Shown in pieces: positions 1 to 15,897 of a DNA stretch of 64,000 nucleotides (positions within the stretch are counted from its first letter, which is position 1; each line of letters starts with the position of its first letter). The position numbers and the translations under genes were made by a program. The DNA lies in assembly GCF_001677475.2 (NCBI RefSeq), contig NZ_CP015229.1; one strand, given 5' to 3'. The notes beneath the pieces were generated by a model that was not told the DNA's origin, searched no databases, and saw only the letters and a list, made by a program, of their open reading frames with translations. This DNA comes from Escherichia coli (GTDB taxonomy: Bacteria; Pseudomonadota; Gammaproteobacteria; Enterobacterales; Enterobacteriaceae).

Positions 1-1
1 T

Positions 2-667
2 CGCTCGGCCTACGTTTATCGCGTCGATTGCGGCGGCTGCAACGCCTGCGAAATCGAAATTTTTGCCGCCATCACACCCGTATTCGACGCAGAACGTTTT
101 GGCATTAAGGTTGTTTCATCACCGCGTCACGCCGATATTTTGTTATTTACTGGCGCAGTCACCCGGGCGATGCGTATGCCTGCACTTCGGGCATATGAGT
201 CTGCCCCCGATCATAAAATCTGTGTTTCCTACGGCGCATGCGGTATCGGCGGCGGTATTTTCCACGATCTTTACAGCGTCTGGGGCGGCAGCGACACCAT
301 TGTCCCCATTGATGTTTGGATCCCCGGCTGCCCGCCAACACCGGCCGCCACCATTCACGGTTTCGCCGTGGCGCTCGGTTTGCTGCAACAGAAGATTCAC
401 GCGGAGGATTATCGCGATCCCACCGGGGTGACCATGCAACCGCTGTGGCCGCAGATCCCGCCATCACAGCGTATCGCCATTGAGCGAGAAGCGAGGCGGC
501 TGGCGGGCTATCGTCAGGGGCGAGAAATTTGCGATCGGCTCCTGCGCCATTTAAGCGACGATCCTACAGGAAATCGGGTTAACACCTGGTTGCGCGAAGC
601 CGACGATCCGCGTCTCAATAGTATCGTTCAGCAACTCTTTCGCGTTCTCCGGGGGTTACATGGCTGA
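2..667 (+). CDS. hyfI: Hydrogenase-4 small subunit HyfI (5' end truncated by window edge)
   Basis: Open frame from window start; NiFe-hydrogenase small-subunit motifs (CGGC, GCPP); followed by hyfJ and hyfR as in the E. coli hyf operon. Confidence 0.7.
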   Translation, partial: RSAYVYRVDCGGCNACEIEIFAAITPVFDAERFGIKVVSSPRHADILLFTGAVTRAMRMPALRAYESAPDHKICVSYGACGIGGGIFHDLYSVWGGSDTIVPIDVWIPGCPPTPAATIHGFAVALGLLQQKIHAEDYRDPTGVTMQPLWPQIPPSQRIAIEREARRLAGYRQGREICDRLLRHLSDDPTGNRVNTWLREADDPRLNSIVQQLFRVLRGLHG

Positions 668-1073
668 GGAGTGCAGGGAAATTGTTTTCTGGACGCTGCG
701 AAAAAAATTTATCGCCAGTAGCGACGAGATGCCGGAACACAGCTCCCAAGTAATGTATTACTCGTTGGCTATCGGTCATCACGTTGGCGTGATTGATTGT
801 CTGAATGTCGCCTTCCGCTGCCCACTGACGGAATACGAAGATTGGCTTGCACTGGTCGAAGAGGAGCAAGCCCGACGTAAGATGCTGGGGGTGATGACTT
901 TTGGTGAGATTGTTATTGACACCAGCCACACCGCCCTGTTGACCCGGGCATTCGCGCCACTGGCGGATGACGCGACGTCTATGTGGCAGGCGCGTAGCAT
1001 TCAATTCATTCATCTGTTGGATGAAATTGTGCAGGAACCGGCCATCTATCTGATGGCCAGAAAAATTGCGTGA
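660..1073 (+). CDS. hyfJ: Hydrogenase-4 maturation/accessory protein HyfJ (HycH-like), 137 aa
   Basis: 137-aa ORF overlapping the hyfI stop by 8 nt; position between hyfI and hyfR. Confidence 0.75.
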   Translation: MAEECREIVFWTLRKKFIASSDEMPEHSSQVMYYSLAIGHHVGVIDCLNVAFRCPLTEYEDWLALVEEEQARRKMLGVMTFGEIVIDTSHTALLTRAFAPLADDATSMWQARSIQFIHLLDEIVQEPAIYLMARKIA

Positions 1074-1099
1074 GAAGGATTTCTCATTAATAAGGACTG

Positions 1100-3115
1100 T
1101 TGATGGCTATGTCAGACGAGGCGATGTTTGCCCCGCCGCAAGGAATAACAATTGAAGCGGTAAACGGAATGCTCGCGGAGCGGTTAGCGCAGAAACACGG
1201 CAAGGCGTCTTTATTACGCGCCTTCATCCCGCTGCCGCCGCCGTTCAGCCCGGTACAACTTATTGAACTGCATGTTCTCAAAAGCAACTTCTATTACCGC
1301 TACCATGATGATGGCAGCGATGTGACGGCAACAACAGAGTATCAGGGTGAGATGGTCGATTATTCGCGCCACGCCGTCCTTCTCGGCAGTAGTGGAATGG
1401 CGGAGCTACGCTTTATTCGCACCCACGGCAGTCGTTTTACTCCCCAGGATTGCACACTGTTTAACTGGCTGGCACACATAATCACTCCGGTTCTGCAATC
1501 ATGGCTCAATGATGAAGAACAGCAGGTGGCGCTGCGTTTGCTGGAGAAAGATCGCGATCATCATCGGGTACTGGTGGATATCACTAATGCAGTGTTGTCA
1601 CATCTTGATCTCGACGATCTGATCGCTGACGTCGCTCGTGAGATCCATCATTTTTTCGGTCTGGCTTCAGTCAGTATGGTACTGGGCGATCATCGAAAGA
1701 ACGAGAAGTTCAGCCTGTGGTGCAGCGATCTTTCTGCCTCACATTGTGCGTGTCTGCCACGCTGTATGCCTGGCGACAGTGTATTGCTGACACAAACGCT
1801 ACAAACCCGACAACCGACCTTGACGCACCGTGCAGACGATCTGTTTCTCTGGCAACGCGACCCGTTATTACTCTTACTTGCATCTAACGGCTGCGAATCT
1901 GCGCTCCTGATACCGCTTACCTTTGGCAACCATACACCGGGTGCATTGTTGCTGGCGCATACCTCTTCCACTCTCTTTAGTGAGGAAAACTGCCAGCTAC
2001 TACAACACATAGCCGATCGCATCGCTATTGCCGTTGGCAATGCCGATGCCTGGCGCAGCATGACCGATTTGCAGGAAAGCTTGCAGCAAGAAAACCACCA
2101 GCTTAGCGAGCAGCTCCTTTCGAATCTGGGCGTCGGTGACATTATCTATCAAAGCCAGGCAATGGAAGACCTGCTCCAGCAGGTAGATATTGTGGCGAAG
2201 AGCGACAGTACGGTGTTGATTTGTGGTGAAACCGGAACCGGCAAAGAGGTGATCGCCAGAGCGATCCATCAACTTAGCCCACGACGCGACAAGCCACTGG
2301 TCAAAATCAACTGCGCTGCCATCCCCGCCAGTCTTCTGGAAAGTGAGTTATTCGGTCATGACAAAGGGGCATTTACTGGTGCGATTAATACCCATCGTGG
2401 TCGTTTTGAAATTGCCGATGGCGGCACGTTGTTTCTCGATGAAATTGGCGATCTGCCGTTAGAACTTCAGCCTAAACTGCTGCGCGTATTGCAGGAACGG
2501 GAGATTGAGCGTCTCGGCGGGAGTAGAACGATCCCGGTAAATGTCAGAGTCATTGCCGCCACCAACCGTGATTTGTGGCAAATGGTTGAAGATCGCCAGT
2601 TTCGCAGCGATCTCTTTTATCGCCTGAATGTCTTCCCACTGGAACTGCCGCCACTGCGCGACCGTCCGGAAGATATCCCTCTTTTAGCAAAGCATTTCAC
2701 GCAAAAAATGGCGCGCCATATGAATCGCGCAATTGACGCCATCCCGACCGAGGCGCTACGCCAGTTGATGTCGTGGGACTGGCCGGGCAACGTGCGCGAG
2801 CTGGAAAACGTGATTGAGCGAGCGGTACTACTGACTCGCGGTAACAGTCTGAATTTACATCTTAATGTCCGACAAAGCCGTTTACTGCCGACGCTAAATG
2901 AAGATTCAGCGCTTCGCAGTTCAATGGCGCAGTTACTGCACCCGACGACGCCAGAGAATGACGAAGAAGAACGTCAGCGCATTGTTCATGTATTGCGAGA
3001 AACCAATGGCATTGTTGCCGGGCCCCGTGGCGCGGCGACGCGATTAGGAATGAAGCGCACCACGCTGCTGTCACGAATGCAGCGGCTGGGGATCTCGGTT
3101 CGCGAGGTGTTGTAA
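1100..3115 (+). CDS. hyfR: Sigma-54-dependent transcriptional activator HyfR
   Basis: 671-aa ORF with AAA+ sigma54-activator motifs ([14 protein letters not shown]) and C-terminal HTH; start may be 3 nt downstream. Confidence 0.85.
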   Translation: MMAMSDEAMFAPPQGITIEAVNGMLAERLAQKHGKASLLRAFIPLPPPFSPVQLIELHVLKSNFYYRYHDDGSDVTATTEYQGEMVDYSRHAVLLGSSGMAELRFIRTHGSRFTPQDCTLFNWLAHIITPVLQSWLNDEEQQVALRLLEKDRDHHRVLVDITNAVLSHLDLDDLIADVAREIHHFFGLASVSMVLGDHRKNEKFSLWCSDLSASHCACLPRCMPGDSVLLTQTLQTRQPTLTHRADDLFLWQRDPLLLLLASNGCESALLIPLTFGNHTPGALLLAHTSSTLFSEENCQLLQHIADRIAIAVGNADAWRSMTDLQESLQQENHQLSEQLLSNLGVGDIIYQSQAMEDLLQQVDIVAKSDSTVLICGETGTGKEVIARAIHQLSPRRDKPLVKINCAAIPASLLESELFGHDKGAFTGAINTHRGRFEIADGGTLFLDEIGDLPLELQPKLLRVLQEREIERLGGSRTIPVNVRVIAATNRDLWQMVEDRQFRSDLFYRLNVFPLELPPLRDRPEDIPLLAKHFTQKMARHMNRAIDAIPTEALRQLMSWDWPGNVRELENVIERAVLLTRGNSLNLHLNVRQSRLLPTLNEDSALRSSMAQLLHPTTPENDEEERQRIVHVLRETNGIVAGPRGAATRLGMKRTTLLSRMQRLGISVREVL

Positions 3116-3136
3116 TCTGTTTTTGCAGGAGTATGC

Positions 3137-3985
3137 ATGAGAAACAAACTCTCTTTCGACTTGCAGTTGAGCGCCAGAAAAGCGGCAATCGCTGAACGGA
3201 TTGCCGCCCATAAAATTACCCGCAGCAAAGTGTCGGTCTTTTTAATGGCGATGTCCGCAGGCGTGTTTATGGCGATCGGATTTACTTTTTACCTTTCCGT
3301 TATCGCCGATGCCCCGTCTTCACAGGCATTAACCCATCTGGTGGGCGGCCTTTGCTTTACACTTGGCTTTATTTTGCTGGCGGTTTGCGGCACCAACCTG
3401 TTCACCTCGTCGGTAATGACGGTAATGGCAAAAAGTCGGGGCGTTATTAGTTGGCGAACTTGGCTGATTAATGCACTTCTGGTGGCCTGCGGTAATCTGG
3501 CAGGTATTGCCTGTTTCAGTTTGTTAATCTGGTTTTCCGGGCTGGTGATGAGTGAAAACGCGATGTGGGGAGTCGCGGTTTTACACTGCGCCGAGGGCAA
3601 AATGCATCATACATTTACTGAATCTGTCAGCCTCGGCATTATGTGCAATCTGATGGTTTGCCTGGCGCTGTGGATGAGTTATTGCGGGCGTTCATTATGC
3701 GACAAAATCGTCGCCATGATTTTGCCCATCACCCTGTTTGTCGCCAGTGGCTTTGAGCACTGTATCGCCAATTTGTTTGTGATTCCGTTCGCCATTGCCA
3801 TTCGCCATTTCGCCCCTCCCCCCTTCTGGCAACTGGCTCACAGTAGCGCAGACAATTTTCCGGCACTGACGGTCAGCCATTTTATTACCGCCAATCTGCT
3901 CCCGGTGATGCTGGGTAATATTATCGGCGGTGCAGTGCTGGTGAGTATTTGTTATCGGGCTATTTATTTACGTCAGGAACCCTGA
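3137..3985 (+). CDS. focB: Formate channel FocB (FNT family)
   Basis: 282-aa polytopic membrane protein directly downstream of hyfR, as in E. coli. Confidence 0.85.
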   Translation: MRNKLSFDLQLSARKAAIAERIAAHKITRSKVSVFLMAMSAGVFMAIGFTFYLSVIADAPSSQALTHLVGGLCFTLGFILLAVCGTNLFTSSVMTVMAKSRGVISWRTWLINALLVACGNLAGIACFSLLIWFSGLVMSENAMWGVAVLHCAEGKMHHTFTESVSLGIMCNLMVCLALWMSYCGRSLCDKIVAMILPITLFVASGFEHCIANLFVIPFAIAIRHFAPPPFWQLAHSSADNFPALTVSHFITANLLPVMLGNIIGGAVLVSICYRAIYLRQEP

Positions 3986-3990
3986 AAAAT

Positions 3991-4018
3991 CAGCCCGGCG
4001 AAACAGTTCGTCGGGCTG
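3991..4018. terminator. Bidirectional hairpin between convergent focB and perM
   Basis: Inverted repeat cagcccggcgaa..ttcgtcgggctg between two convergent stop codons. Confidence 0.45.
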
Positions 4019-4022
4019 AAGA

Positions 4023-5084
4023 TTAATCTTGCGCGATTTGCCCATCGGGCCAGGCGTGAATCACGGCTTTGATCAGCGTCGCCAACGGAATGGCGAAGAA
4101 TACGCCCCAGAATCCCCACAAACCACCGAAGATCACCACCGATAAAATAATCACCAGCGGATGCAGGTTAACCGCTTCGGAGAACAACACCGGCACTAGC
4201 AGGTTGCCGTCCAGCGCCTGAATGATCAGATACACCGCGAAGCAGCTCCAGAATTCCGTGCCAGCACCAAACTGGAATAGCGCCACGCCAACCACCGGAA
4301 TGGTCACCACAAATGCGCCAATGTACGGAATAAGTACCGAGAAGCCGACCAGCACAGCCAGCAGCAGCGAATAGTTCAGCCCGAAGAGTAAGAATCCCAG
4401 CCAGGTGGCGATCCCCACCACGATCATCTCCAGCACTTTGCCGCGGATATAGTTGGTGATTTGTTGATTCATCTCCTTCCATACCTGTCCTGCCAGTCCA
4501 CGGTTACGTGGCAGCACCCGGCGAACGGCGTTCAGCATCTGCTCTTTGTCTTTCAGCAGGAAGAAGACCATCAATGGTACCAGCACCAGATAGACGGCAA
4601 TGGTCAGCAAACCGACCAGCGAGGCGAGGGAAATTTTCACCACCGAATCGCCCATGGTCAGCATCCGACTGCGCATATTTTCGGCCATTGCATCAATAAT
4701 GCCCGCGTCCATTAACGCCGGATAGCGGCGCGGCAACGTGGCGGCAAAGTCAGAAAGCTTATTGAGCATCCCCGGCATATCGCGGATTAAGTAGATGCCC
4801 TGTTGCCAGGCGATAGGCAGTACCACGAACGCCATCAGTAGCAATATACCGACGAAAACCACCAATACAATCGACGTCGCCCAGCGGCGGGAGCAGCCAA
4901 TAGATTGCAGGCGCACGGTTGGCCATTCCAGCAAATAGGCCAGCACAATAGCCACCAGCAACGGAGCAAGCAGGCCACTAAAGAAAAAGATAATGCCAAA
5001 TCCGGCAACTAAAATAACCAGCAAGGCAATCGCTTCCGGGTCGCTAAAACGGCGGCGATACCATTGCATCAACATTTCGAGCAT
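4023..5084 (-). CDS. perM: AI-2E family permease PerM (YfgO)
   Basis: 353-aa multi-TM protein; size and position match E. coli perM. Confidence 0.8.
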   Translation of the reverse strand: MLEMLMQWYRRRFSDPEAIALLVILVAGFGIIFFFSGLLAPLLVAIVLAYLLEWPTVRLQSIGCSRRWATSIVLVVFVGILLLMAFVVLPIAWQQGIYLIRDMPGMLNKLSDFAATLPRRYPALMDAGIIDAMAENMRSRMLTMGDSVVKISLASLVGLLTIAVYLVLVPLMVFFLLKDKEQMLNAVRRVLPRNRGLAGQVWKEMNQQITNYIRGKVLEMIVVGIATWLGFLLFGLNYSLLLAVLVGFSVLIPYIGAFVVTIPVVGVALFQFGAGTEFWSCFAVYLIIQALDGNLLVPVLFSEAVNLHPLVIILSVVIFGGLWGFWGVFFAIPLATLIKAVIHAWPDGQIAQD

Positions 5085-5296
5085 AAAGACCTTCCCTGAA
5101 CCTCAAGAGCGGGATTGCGATCCGCAATTGTATCGAAATGTCACAAAAAAGACTTCGCTTTTTATGACGGATTCAGGAAACTGAAAAGTCATTTGAGTGG
5201 GCTAATCTTCGCCGTTACACTCAAAGGCGGCGCGGTGGGAACGATATTTCACAGTATCGGTCAAATGACTATCTCCAGAAATACAGGATAGAGGTT

Positions 5297-6760
5297 ATGT
5301 TCAGGCAGTTGAAAAAAAACCTGGTTGCAACCCTCATTGCTGCCATGACCATTGGTCAGGTAGCCCCGGCGTTTGCCGACAGCGCAGACACCTTGCCGGA
5401 TATGGGAACCTCCGCAGGAAGCACGCTTTCCATTGGTCAGGAAATGCAGATGGGCGACTATTATGTCCGCCAGCTACGCGGCAGCGCGCCGTTAATTAAT
5501 GACCCGCTGTTAACGCAATATATTAATTCGCTGGGGATGCGTCTGGTTTCGCATGCCAATTCGGTTAAGACACCGTTTCATTTCTTTCTGATCAACAACG
5601 ACGAAATTAACGCCTTTGCTTTCTTTGGCGGCAACGTGGTGCTGCACTCTGCCCTGTTCCGTTATTCCGATAACGAAAGCCAACTGGCTTCAGTTATGGC
5701 GCACGAAATCTCCCACGTCACCCAACGTCACCTGGCGCGAGCGATGGAAGATCAGCAGCGCAGCGCGCCGCTGACCTGGGTCGGCGCGTTAGGTTCTATT
5801 TTACTGGCGATGGCCAGTCCGCAGGCGGGGATGGCTGCGCTGACCGGTACACTGGCGGGAACGCGCCAGGGGATGATCAGTTTCACCCAGCAAAATGAAC
5901 AGGAAGCGGACCGCATTGGTATTCAGGTGCTGCAACGCTCGGGATTCGATCCGCAGGCGATGCCGACCTTCCTCGAAAAATTGCTCGATCAGGCGCGTTA
6001 CTCCTCGCGTCCGCCGGAAATTTTATTGACTCACCCGTTGCCGGAAAGTCGTCTGGCAGATGCCCGCAACCGTGCTAATCAGATGCGCCCGATGGTGGTG
6101 CAGTCGTCGGAGGATTTCTATCTGGCGAAAGCGCGCACACTGGGGATGTATAATTCCGGACGTAATCAGCTCACCAGTGATTTGCTGGATGAATGGGCGA
6201 AAGGAAACGTTCGTCAGCAACGAGCGGCGCAATATGGTCGTGCTCTACAGGCGATGGAAGCCAATAAATACGACGAGGCGCGTAAAACGCTGCAACCGTT
6301 ACTGGCGGCAGAACCTGGCAATGCATGGTATCTCGATCTGGCTACCGATATCGATCTTGGGCAAAACAAAGCCAATGAGGCGATCAATCGTCTGAAAAAT
6401 GCCCGTGATTTGCGCACCAATCCGGTGTTGCAGCTCAACCTGGCGAACGCTTATCTGCAAGGCGGCCAACCACAAGAAGCGGCCAATATTCTCAATCGCT
6501 ACACCTTTAATAATAAAGATGACAGCAATGGCTGGGATTTACTGGCACAGGCGGAGGCCGCGCTAAATAACCGCGATCAGGAACTGGCTGCGCGAGCAGA
6601 AGGTTATGCGCTCGCCGGGCGACTCGATCAGGCCATTTCCTTGTTGAGTAGCGCCAGTTCTCAGGTGAAATTAGGCAGCCTGCAACAAGCGCGTTACGAT
6701 GCGCGCATCGACCAGTTGCGCCAGCTGCAAGAACGCTTTAAGCCTTATACCAAGATGTAA
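5297..6760 (+). CDS. bepA: Beta-barrel assembly-enhancing protease BepA (YfgC)
   Basis: 487 aa, signal peptide, HEISH zinc-metallopeptidase motif, C-terminal TPR-like region. Confidence 0.85.
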
Positions 6761-6780
6761 TTCGCATTAAAGGAAGAACA

Positions 6781-7140
6781 ATGACCAAACAGGTAAAAAT
6801 CTACCATAACCCACGCTGTTCAAAGAGCCGGGAAACGCTGAACCTGCTGAAAGAAAACGGCGTGGAGCCAGAAGTGGTGCTCTACCTTGAGACACCCGCC
6901 GATGCGGCAACGCTGCGCGATTTGCTGAAAATGCTGGGGATGAATAGCGCCCGTGAATTGATGCGCCAGAAAGAGGATCTTTATAAAGAACTGAACCTGG
7001 CTGACAGTTCGCTTAGCGAAGAGGCGCTGATTCAGGCAATGGTGGATAATCCGAAGCTGATGGAGCGCCCGATTGTGGTCGCGAATGGCAAAGCGCGGAT
7101 TGGTCGTCCACCGGAGCAGGTACTGGAAATCGTGGGTTAA
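6781..7140 (+). CDS. yfgD: ArsC-family reductase-like protein YfgD
   Basis: 119 aa with N-terminal CSKS motif; immediately downstream of bepA. Confidence 0.8.
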   Translation: MTKQVKIYHNPRCSKSRETLNLLKENGVEPEVVLYLETPADAATLRDLLKMLGMNSARELMRQKEDLYKELNLADSSLSEEALIQAMVDNPKLMERPIVVANGKARIGRPPEQVLEIVG

Positions 7141-7170
7141 GATGTGCTCCATCGCTAGTTGAAGCACATT

Positions 7171-7264
7171 GCCGGATGCGACGCTTGCCACGTCTTATCC
7201 GGCCTACGAATACTATGGATTAACTTCGCGTAGTTCGGATAAGGCGTTCGCGCCGCATCCGACA
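7171..7264. repeat. BIME: two REP elements in inverted orientation
   Basis: gccggatgcgacgcttgccacgtcttatccggcctac (7171-7207) and tcggataaggcgttcgcgccgcatccgaca (7235-7264) match the E. coli REP consensus. Confidence 0.6.
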
Positions 7265-7277
7265 ATAAACACCTTAT

Positions 7278-7979
7278 CTACAACTTCAGAATTTCTTTCA
7301 CAAACGGAATGGTCAGCTTACGTTGCGCGGTAATCGACGCACGATCCAACTGATCCAACGTCATAAATAGCGTGCGCATTTCTCTGTCGAGCCGCTTCAG
7401 CAAGAAACGCCCCACATCTTCCGGCAGTTCAAAACCACGCAAACGCGCGCGTAACTGTAGCGCCTGCAACTTATCTTCATCAGAAAGTGGCTGCAATTTG
7501 TAGATCTGCCCCCAGTCGAGACGCGACGCGAGATCCGGTAATCCAAGATTCAACTGCCGCGGTGGACGATCGCCGGTGATTAACAACCGTGTTTTGCCCG
7601 ATTCCAGAATTCGATTGTAGAGATCGAAAATCGCCATCTCCCACAACTCATCGCCTGCAATACACTCAATGTTGTCGATACAGACCAGCGACAAATGCTC
7701 CATACCGTCGAGCACTTCCGGAACAAACCAGGTGCGTTTATCCAGCGGGACATAGCCCACCGCATCGCCACGCTGCGACAATTCCGCGCAAGCCGCGTGC
7801 AGCAGATGGCTGCGCCCCGCGCCTTCGCGTGCCCAGAGATAGATGTAACCGCTATGTTCCTGACGCAGCACGTTTTGCAGCGCGGCCAGTAAAGAGGAGT
7901 TATCCCCCGGCCAGAAACTTGCAAAGGTTTCGTCGTCAGGAAGATAAAGTGGCAAAGAGAGCTGTGCCGGTGTGTTCAG
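7278..7979 (-). CDS. hda: DnaA regulatory inactivator Hda (probable CUG start)
   Basis: ORF-track frame 7278..8024; recalled Hda N-terminus ([18 protein letters not shown]) begins 15 codons in at a CTG preceded by gagg. Confidence 0.75.
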
Positions 7980-8073
7980 AGATACCTCAACCAGGATTTC
8001 ACAAAATCGCGAGAAGTTTACCACAGAATCCCATGATGTTTGAACCGGGCAGCAATACTGCCCGGTCGGTACA

Positions 8074-9363
8074 TTATTTGTCTGTTATATCCGCGTCTTC
8101 TGCGTCCAGCACCACTTCTTCAGGGCGCAGCACACTAATCAGTTTGAAGATCAAACTTAAGCCGATACCGACGATGGTCGCCAGCGCCATACCTTTCAAC
8201 TCCGCCGCGCCGATGTTTACCTTCGCGCCACTGACACCGATGATCAAAATCACGGAAGTCAGGATCAGGTTCTGTGCTTTGTTGTAATCCACTTTCGATT
8301 CGATCAAAACACGAATACCGGAAGCCCCGATGACACCATAAAGCAGCAGCGAAACGCCGCCCATCACCGGCAATGGGATCATCTGGATAGCAGCAGCCAG
8401 TTTACCGACGCAGGAAAGCAGGATAGCGAAAATCGCCGCCCCGCCGATAACCCAGGTACTGTAAACACGGGTGATCGCCATCACGCCAATGTTTTCCCCG
8501 TAGGTGGTGTTTGGCGTGGAGCCAAAGAAGCCGGAGATCACGGTCGACAAGCCGTTAGCAAACATCGAACGGTGCAGACCTGGATCGCGCAGCAGATCTT
8601 TTTTGACGATATTAGCCGTTACTACCAGGTGCCCTACGTGTTCGGCAATAACCACTAACGCCGCTGGCAGAATTGTCAGAATGGCAAACCACTCGAAGCG
8701 CGGCGTATAGAGGGTTGGCAGCGCAAACCAGTGAGCATTAATAATCGGCGTGGTATCGACAATTCCCATTGCGAAAGAGAGCGCGTAGCCCACCAGCACG
8801 CCAATTAAAATCGGGATAATTGCCAGGAAACCACGAAACAGCACGGAACCTAAAACCGTAACCGCCAGGGTGGTAATGGAGATGATGATGGTTTTGGAGT
8901 CTGGCGTTTGCCCTTCAGCCGGGAGTAAACCCGCCATACCGGCAGCTACGCCCGCCAGCTCCAGACCGATGACGGCAACGATTGCGCCCATTGCCGCAGG
9001 TGGAAACAGCACGTCCAGCCAGCCGGTCCCCGCTTTCTTCACGATAAAAGAAACCAGGCAGAACAGCACGCCGCACATAATAAAGCCGCCCAGCGCGACT
9101 TCATACCCCAACGGCAACAGTAACAATACCGGTGAAATAAAGGCAAAGCTGGAACCAAGATAAGCCGGAATTTTCCCTTTACAGATGAAGAGATACAGCA
9201 GCGTTCCAATACCGTTAAATAACAGTACAGTCGCCGGGTTAATATGAAATAAGACGGGCACCAGGACGGTTGCACCAAACATGGCGAACAAATGTTGCAA
9301 ACTAAGCGGGATTGTCTGTAAAAGTGGCGGTCTTTCACTCACCCCGATAGCACGGCGCGTCAT
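8074..9363 (-). CDS. uraA: Uracil:H+ symporter UraA
   Basis: NCS2-family permease; start set at [17 protein letters not shown] inside the longer ORF-track frame. Confidence 0.85.
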   Translation of the reverse strand: MTRRAIGVSERPPLLQTIPLSLQHLFAMFGATVLVPVLFHINPATVLLFNGIGTLLYLFICKGKIPAYLGSSFAFISPVLLLLPLGYEVALGGFIMCGVLFCLVSFIVKKAGTGWLDVLFPPAAMGAIVAVIGLELAGVAAGMAGLLPAEGQTPDSKTIIISITTLAVTVLGSVLFRGFLAIIPILIGVLVGYALSFAMGIVDTTPIINAHWFALPTLYTPRFEWFAILTILPAALVVIAEHVGHLVVTANIVKKDLLRDPGLHRSMFANGLSTVISGFFGSTPNTTYGENIGVMAITRVYSTWVIGGAAIFAILLSCVGKLAAAIQMIPLPVMGGVSLLLYGVIGASGIRVLIESKVDYNKAQNLILTSVILIIGVSGAKVNIGAAELKGMALATIVGIGLSLIFKLISVLRPEEVVLDAEDADITDK

Positions 9364-9405
9364 AGTATTATCCTCTGTATTATGTGTTATAGGCGCTTTA
9401 CTCAA

Positions 9406-9432
9406 AAAAAAGCCGACTCTTAAAGTCGGCTT
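9406..9432 (-). terminator. Hairpin with U-run between upp and uraA
   Basis: aaagccgacttTAAGagtcggcttttttt on the minus strand in the 85-bp intercistronic gap. Confidence 0.45.
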
Positions 9433-9448
9433 TAATTATTTTTATTCT

Positions 9449-10075
9449 TTATTTCGTACCAAAGATTTTGTCACCGGCATCGCCGAGGCCCGGAATAATG
9501 TATCCGTGCTCGTTCAGTCCCTGGTCAATCGATGCAGTATACAGTTCGACGTCCGGGTGCGCTTTTTCCAGCGCAGCGATACCTTCTGGCGCAGCTACCA
9601 GCACCAGAACTTTGATGCTGCTGCAGCCCGCTTTTTTCAGCAGGTCGATGGTCGCGATAACGGAACCACCGGTTGCCAGCATTGGGTCAACGATCAGCGC
9701 CATACGCTCATCGATGTTAGAAACCAGTTTCTGGAAGTACGGTACCGGCTCCAGCGTTTCTTCATTACGGTACATACCGACGACGCTGATACGCGCGCTC
9801 GGAACGTTTTCCAGCACACCGTCCATCATCCCCAGACCCGCACGCAGAATTGGCACAACGGTAATTTTCTTACCTTTGATCTGGTCGATTTCTACCGGGC
9901 CGTTCCAGCCTTCGATAGTTACTTTTTCCGTTTCGAGGTCGGCGGTCGCTTCGTAAGTCAGCAGGCTACCCACTTCGGAAGCGAGTTCGCGAAAGCGCTT
10001 GGTGCTGATATCTTGCTCACGCATCAGTCCCAGCTTGTGTTTGACGAGTGGGTGTTTGACTTCCACGATCTTCAT
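9449..10075 (-). CDS. upp: Uracil phosphoribosyltransferase
   Basis: 208-aa product starting [20 protein letters not shown]; start chosen inside the longer ORF-track frame. Confidence 0.9.
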
Positions 10076-10320
10076 ACTCTTTCTCCTTTGAGGGGCAGCC
10101 ACAAAAAAAATCGACGGATTATACCTCCTTTCTTCAAGGCGGCAATATTATTTTCGTTGACTTTAGTCAAAATGATAACGGTTTGAGATAAAGTTATTTT
10201 ATATTCAAATGGTTATGGGAGAAGATTATTCCATCCGAAAACGATCCTTTGCCCTGGTACAAGTATTCTTTCGCCGCGCGCCTGGGGAAAAGACGTGCAA
10301 AAAGGTTGTGTAAAGCAGTC

Positions 10321-10349
10321 TCGCAAACGTTTGCTTTCCCTGTTAGAAT
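10321..10349 (+). promoter_or_regulatory. purMN promoter: PurR operator plus -10 hexamer
   Basis: tcgcaaacgtttgctt (10321-10336) matches the PurR box ACGCAAACGTTTGCGT at 13/16; tagaat at 10344-10349. Confidence 0.55.
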
Positions 10350-10381
10350 TGCGCCGAATTTTATTTTTCTACCGCAAGTAA

Positions 10382-11436
<1,055 letters not shown>

Positions 11437-11437
<1 letters not shown>

Positions 11438-12075
11438 TGAATATTGTGGTGCTTATTTCCGGCAACGGAAGTAATTTACAGGCAATTATTGACGCCTGTA
11501 AAACCAACAAAATTAAAGGCACCGTACGGGCAGTTTTCAGCAATAAGGCCGACGCGTTCGGCCTTGAACGCGCCCGCCAGGCGGGTATTGCAACGCATAC
11601 GCTCATCGCCAGCGCGTTTGACAGTCGTGAAGCCTATGACCGGGAGTTGATTCATGAAATCGACATGTACGCACCCGATGTGGTCGTGCTGGCTGGTTTT
11701 ATGCGCATTCTCAGCCCGGCGTTTGTCTCCCACTATGCCGGGCGTTTGCTGAACATTCACCCTTCTCTGCTGCCGAAATATCCCGGATTACACACCCATC
11801 GTCAGGCGCTGGAAAATGGCGATGAAGAGCACGGTACATCGGTGCATTTCGTCACCGATGAACTGGACGGTGGCCCGGTTATTTTACAGGCGAAAGTCCC
11901 GGTATTTGCTGGTGATACGGAAGATGACATTACCGCCCGCGTGCAAACCCAGGAACACGCTATTTATCCACTGGTGATTAGCTGGTTTGCCGATGGTCGT
12001 CTGAAAATGCACGAAAACGCCGCGTGGCTGGATGGTCAACGTCTGCCGCCGCAGGGCTACGCTGCCGACGAGTAA
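11437..12075 (+). CDS. purN: Phosphoribosylglycinamide formyltransferase
   Basis: 212 aa; ATG overlaps the purM stop by 1 nt (taATGa). Confidence 0.9.
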
Positions 12076-12091
12076 TACCCCCGTAATTAAA

Positions 12092-12116
12092 GCGCCAGCT
12101 CTGCCGCTGGCGTTTT
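12092..12116 (+). terminator. Rho-independent terminator after purN
   Basis: gcgccagc..gctggcg hairpin followed by ttttt. Confidence 0.5.
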
Positions 12117-12246
12117 TCAATTCACCTGTAAATCGCAAGCTCCAGCAGTTTTTTTCCCCCTTTTCTGGCATAGTTGGACATCTGCCAATATTGCTCGCCA
12201 TAATATCCAGGCAGTGTCCCGTGAATAAAACGGAGTAAAAGTGGTA

Positions 12247-15859
<3,613 letters not shown>

Positions 15860-15865
15860 TACTTT

Positions 15866-15892
15866 GCGGGCCGACGAGAAATGTCGGCCCGC
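15866..15892. terminator. Bidirectional hairpin between convergent ppx and pdeF
   Basis: gcgggccgac-gagaaa-tgtcggcccgc, a 10-11 bp GC-rich stem. Confidence 0.55.
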
Positions 15893-15897
15893 ATTAT

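Noticed and set aside
5161..5296. Possible sigma-E promoter upstream of bepA
   Set aside because: A ggaaact -35-like element is present (~5176-5182) but I could not find a convincing TCTGA/TCAAA -10 at the right spacing, so I am not calling it.
7589..8287. 232-aa + strand ORF
   Set aside because: Antisense to hda and the 3' end of uraA; proline/arginine-rich junk-like translation.
9281..10186. 301-aa + strand ORF
   Set aside because: Spans the uraA start, the upp-uraA gap and all of upp on the opposite strand; no RBS; upp and uraA are unambiguous.
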